Shown piece after piece: positions 60,733 through 64,000 of a stretch of 64,000 nucleotides of DNA. Origin of the DNA: Nitrospinales bacterium. Its GTDB lineage: Bacteria > Nitrospinota > Nitrospinia > Nitrospinales > VA-1. Location: contig OZ252246.1 of the NCBI GenBank assembly GCA_965249625.1, forward strand, positions 1,095,457 through 1,159,456. The letters run 5' to 3'. The notes under the pieces are model-generated. The model was given only the letters and a program-made list of their open reading frames with translations, was not told the DNA's origin and searched no databases. The first letter of the stretch is position 1. Each line of letters begins with the position of its first letter. A program made the translations under genes and the position numbers.

Positions 60733-61659
60733 ATGGATGCTCCACGAGTGGCGGTCACCCCTCCGGCCTTCTGCAAATCATTCTCACTGCGAACAGAATT
60801 ATTGCGTCACTTTCCTAACGCGATCTTCAACGAAAAAGACAGGTACCTTTCAGTTGCGGAGCTGGTCAATTTTCTGGCGGATGCCGATGCCGCTTTGATA
60901 GGAAGGGATCCTGTCAATGCCGAACTGATTCGTTCCTTGCCTAAACTGAGGATGATTGCAAAATATGGAGTGGGGCTGGACAATCTGGATCAGGAAGCGT
61001 TAAGCCGTGCCAACATTGAACTGCGAGTGACCTCTGGCACTAACAGAAGATCTGTGGCCGAACTGGCATTGGGGTTCATGATTGGACTCTGCCATAATAT
61101 GTTATCCGAGGAATTAAAACGAGGGGGCTGGCAACGCGATGGGGGGCAGGATCTCAGCGGAAAAACCGTAGGCATCATTGGTTGCGGCAATGTCGGGCAG
61201 GAACTGGTGCACCTGCTGCAGCCGTTTCAATGCCGGATCAGGGTGCGGGATATTGCAGACCGTAGCGAATTTTGCCGCCAGTTCGGTGCTATGAAAGCAG
61301 GATTCGATGCACTCATCGAAGAGGCCGATATTGTGACCCTTCATGTTCCATTGACCGAGGACACCGAAAATCTTATCGACAAAGTGGTGTTCGCGAAAAT
61401 GAAAGCATCAGCGTTTCTGGTTAATACCAGCAGAGGTCAGGTGGTTCATCAGGGAGACCTTTATCAGGCCTTGATATCGGGGGAAATTGCCGGTGCGGGA
61501 TTGGATGTGTTCTGGGAGGAACCCCCAACAGATACCGAATTTCTTCAGCTTCCCAATTTGATGGTGACTCCGCATATTGGAGGCAATGCCCGCGAAGCGG
61601 TTGAGGCGATGGGTCAGGCGGCTATTCAGAACCTTGTTGAGTATTTTGCTTTGTCATGA
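60733..61659 (+). CDS. D-2-hydroxyacid dehydrogenase (phosphoglycerate dehydrogenase-like)
   Basis: GVGLDN, GCGNVG, NTSRG, TPHIG. Confidence 0.9.
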   Translation: MDAPRVAVTPPAFCKSFSLRTELLRHFPNAIFNEKDRYLSVAELVNFLADADAALIGRDPVNAELIRSLPKLRMIAKYGVGLDNLDQEALSRANIELRVTSGTNRRSVAELALGFMIGLCHNMLSEELKRGGWQRDGGQDLSGKTVGIIGCGNVGQELVHLLQPFQCRIRVRDIADRSEFCRQFGAMKAGFDALIEEADIVTLHVPLTEDTENLIDKVVFAKMKASAFLVNTSRGQVVHQGDLYQALISGEIAGAGLDVFWEEPPTDTEFLQLPNLMVTPHIGGNAREAVEAMGQAAIQNLVEYFALS

Positions 61660-62264
61660 ATCAGGAATCAAAAGAATACAACCGGGAAGACTGGCAAGGC
61701 CATTATGAATCCAATGACCTGGGTTGGGATCTGGGCCAGGTGGCTCCCCCCTTTGTCAAGTTGTGGCAAGAGGAAAAATTGCCTGTGGGCAAAGTGCTGG
61801 TTCCTGGATGCGGAAAAGGGCACGAAGTGGTATTCCTGGCGGAAAACGGGTTTGAGGTTACGGCCATTGATTTTTCTGAAGGAGCCGTCACTTATTTAGA
61901 AAACGCTTTGAACAAACGTAACCTTAAAGTCCGGGTTTTGCATCAGGACTTTTTCAGTCTTGATGACTCTCACGATGGCGTTTATGACCTGGTGCTCGAG
62001 CAGACATTTTTTTGCGCCATCTCTCCCCGGCAAAGAATGGACTATGTCCTGAACGTTGCAAGAATATTGCGGCCGGGGGGAATGTTGGTGGGATTGTTTT
62101 ATCACACGGATAAGGAGGGTGGGCCTCCCTACAACACTACCCGTGAAGATATTGAAACAAACTTTTCAAAGAAATTTGAAATTCAGGAGCTCGATAAAAC
62201 ATCCTTGTCCGCTGAGCAGAGAAAAGACAAGGAATGGCTGGGAATTTTTAAAAAGAAAGATTAA
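61656..62264 (+). CDS. TPMT/thiol-type SAM methyltransferase
   Basis: WDLG, VLVPGCGKG, DFF, TFFCA, GPPY. Confidence 0.88.
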   Translation: MNQESKEYNREDWQGHYESNDLGWDLGQVAPPFVKLWQEEKLPVGKVLVPGCGKGHEVVFLAENGFEVTAIDFSEGAVTYLENALNKRNLKVRVLHQDFFSLDDSHDGVYDLVLEQTFFCAISPRQRMDYVLNVARILRPGGMLVGLFYHTDKEGGPPYNTTREDIETNFSKKFEIQELDKTSLSAEQRKDKEWLGIFKKKD

Positions 62265-62905
62265 ATATTTTGTAGAATTCCATGGTGGTTGTTTTTCGGT
62301 GAATTGACCTCTTTGGATACCGGATGAAAGTCGAATTCCTCCGAGGGAAAGGCCGTTAAAAGACGGGTATCAAAACCGAAGCTTGGAGCAAGCCAGGTTT
62401 CGTATTGCGCTGCAGGTAAAATGACTGGCATTCGTGCGTGGATCGGGGTCAGCTTTTCGTTGGCTTCCGTGGTTAGAATGGTATAGGTGCTCAAACTCTT
62501 TCCTTCAGGGCTGTTCCAAATGGACCAAAGTCCGGCAAAGGCGAAGAGAGCATGGGTCTTTAAAAATATATAGCAAGGCTGTTTTTCTGTTCCTCGCCAT
62601 TCCAAAAAACCATCTGCAGGAATCAGGCAACGCTGGCTTTTTAATGAGTTTTTAAAACTGGGTTTTTCGTGTGCGGTTTCTGACCGGGCGTTGATGAGTT
62701 TCAATTTTTCATCCTTTGCCCAGGACGGCACCAGCCCCCATTTCATTTCTATCAATTCCCTTTGCCTGGAACGGTTGATGACGATCGGAGACCATTGGCT
62801 GGGAGCAATGTTGTAGCTCGGTCGATATTCCAGATCGATACGGATGGGGCCGAAATGAGATTCGATGGTCTTTAACGGTTTTGCCAGGGTATATCGTCCG
62901 CACAT
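62261..62905 (-). CDS. SRAP (YedK/HMCES) abasic-site protection protein
   Basis: MCGRY, NIAP, WGLVP, INARSE, HARMP. Confidence 0.93.
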   Translation of the reverse strand: MCGRYTLAKPLKTIESHFGPIRIDLEYRPSYNIAPSQWSPIVINRSRQRELIEMKWGLVPSWAKDEKLKLINARSETAHEKPSFKNSLKSQRCLIPADGFLEWRGTEKQPCYIFLKTHALFAFAGLWSIWNSPEGKSLSTYTILTTEANEKLTPIHARMPVILPAAQYETWLAPSFGFDTRLLTAFPSEEFDFHPVSKEVNSPKNNHHGILQNI

Positions 62906-63013
62906 AAAGGGAGAACTCGTTCTTTAATAAACCGGGGTTGGGCCACGTTTCCGATTAGTGTACTATTAAACCCTGTGAACAAAAATATGATTTAGGGAAG
63001 TTTTAAAAAAATT

Positions 63014-64000
63014 ATGAAGATATCGAAAAAAGTTCATACAGGAATATTCCGGGATGGTGGTGCGGGGGCTTTTGCAAAACGAAGGTTTCGTGAAAGAAGA
63101 AAAAAGTTGATGGTGAAGGAAGGCCAGCTTATGGCCATTGCCGGTGTCCCTTATGGTCCGGGCGGAAAGACAACCTGGTCCTATGCCTATTGCCCCACTT
63201 ATCAGGAGCCAGCAATGATGTATTTAACCGGCATTAACCAGAATAACGTCATTCTGTTGCTGGACCCGGGTTCAAAAGTATCGGATGAAATTTTGTTTGT
63301 GGATAACAAGGATCGAATCCTTGAGTTTTGGGAGGGGGTCCGTTTTGGGGTCGGGGATAAGCAAAGCTTGAGGGAGGTGCGGTCGGTTACGGGAATCCAG
63401 GATGTTCGCGATATTCGTGAGTTTAGGGATGTCCTGAAAGAGCGGTTCATGAAGCAGAAGAAAAGAACGCTGGGAACGCTCTGGCTGGAAGGCACACGAA
63501 AGGGCAAAGTCGTCAGCATCACCACGGATCATAATTTTGATTTTAAGAAGAAACTTGAGGGGTGGTTGCGGTCTTGGAAAGCTCCAAAAGCGGCTTTAAA
63601 AAATATCATGAAGAATCATTTTGAACTGCGCCTGCCGCTGGATAAGTATGATGTTGCGAATGCCCGGAAAGCTCAAGATATAACTAACGGCGGATATAAG
63701 GTGATGCTGAAAAACTTCAGGAACTTTAAAAATGAGTGTCAGGTGCAGGGGTTTCTCGAAGGCCAGATGCTGATGAATACGCCTTTTGGCCTCAGCTATC
63801 CTTCCATCGTGGCATCAGGAGCTAACGCAACCATTCTCCATTATGCAAAGAATGATGATAATTTTTCAAAAAACGAAATGATGCTGATCGATTTTGGAGT
63901 ACGCTGGATGACCATGCATGCTGATATTACTAGGACTTTTCCCGTATCCGGGCTGTTCAACCCCATGCAGAAAATACTTTATGAAATAGTTCTTAAAGCC
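63014..64000 (+). CDS. pepP: Xaa-Pro aminopeptidase, truncated by the window end
   Basis: Manual translation: YLTGINQ, SYPSIVASGANATILHY, LIDFG, ADITRTFP in one frame. Confidence 0.88.
   Translation, partial: MKISKKVHTGIFRDGGAGAFAKRRFRERRKKLMVKEGQLMAIAGVPYGPGGKTTWSYAYCPTYQEPAMMYLTGINQNNVILLLDPGSKVSDEILFVDNKDRILEFWEGVRFGVGDKQSLREVRSVTGIQDVRDIREFRDVLKERFMKQKKRTLGTLWLEGTRKGKVVSITTDHNFDFKKKLEGWLRSWKAPKAALKNIMKNHFELRLPLDKYDVANARKAQDITNGGYKVMLKNFRNFKNECQVQGFLEGQMLMNTPFGLSYPSIVASGANATILHYAKNDDNFSKNEMMLIDFGVRWMTMHADITRTFPVSGLFNPMQKILYEIVLKA

Overview
Bacterial chromosomal window, mostly housekeeping genes (pyrD, alr, ampG, dnaE, ilvD, mutM, grpE-hrcA, argB, xerC-hslVU, smpB, mtaB, glmS, thiDN, ppiD, mreBCD-mrdA, uvrB, pepP). 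Gene content (EbdC/NxrC-like heme protein, FGE-sulfatase, bactofilin-TPR) suggests a Nitrospina-like organism, which is inference only. The accessory layer is the interesting part: (1) a 97-aa GIY-YIG nuclease bracketed by GTCATT-headed palindromic repeats that recur inside a 231-bp MITE-like hairpin element; (2) integron attC sites with no integrase in the window, at two loci, carrying a 552-aa protein with a RelE-like C-terminus and a secreted 17-aa Cys-repeat protein; (3) an apparently identical 1484-bp inverted duplication enclosing 10.6 kb that includes dnaE; (4) a dispersed family of 75-95 bp intergenic elements; (5) IS1182, IS30 and IS3 debris; (6) a two-gene GlmU arrangement with apparent division of labour. 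No rRNA, tRNA or CRISPR array was recognised. All calls are by-eye motif recognition; no searches were run.
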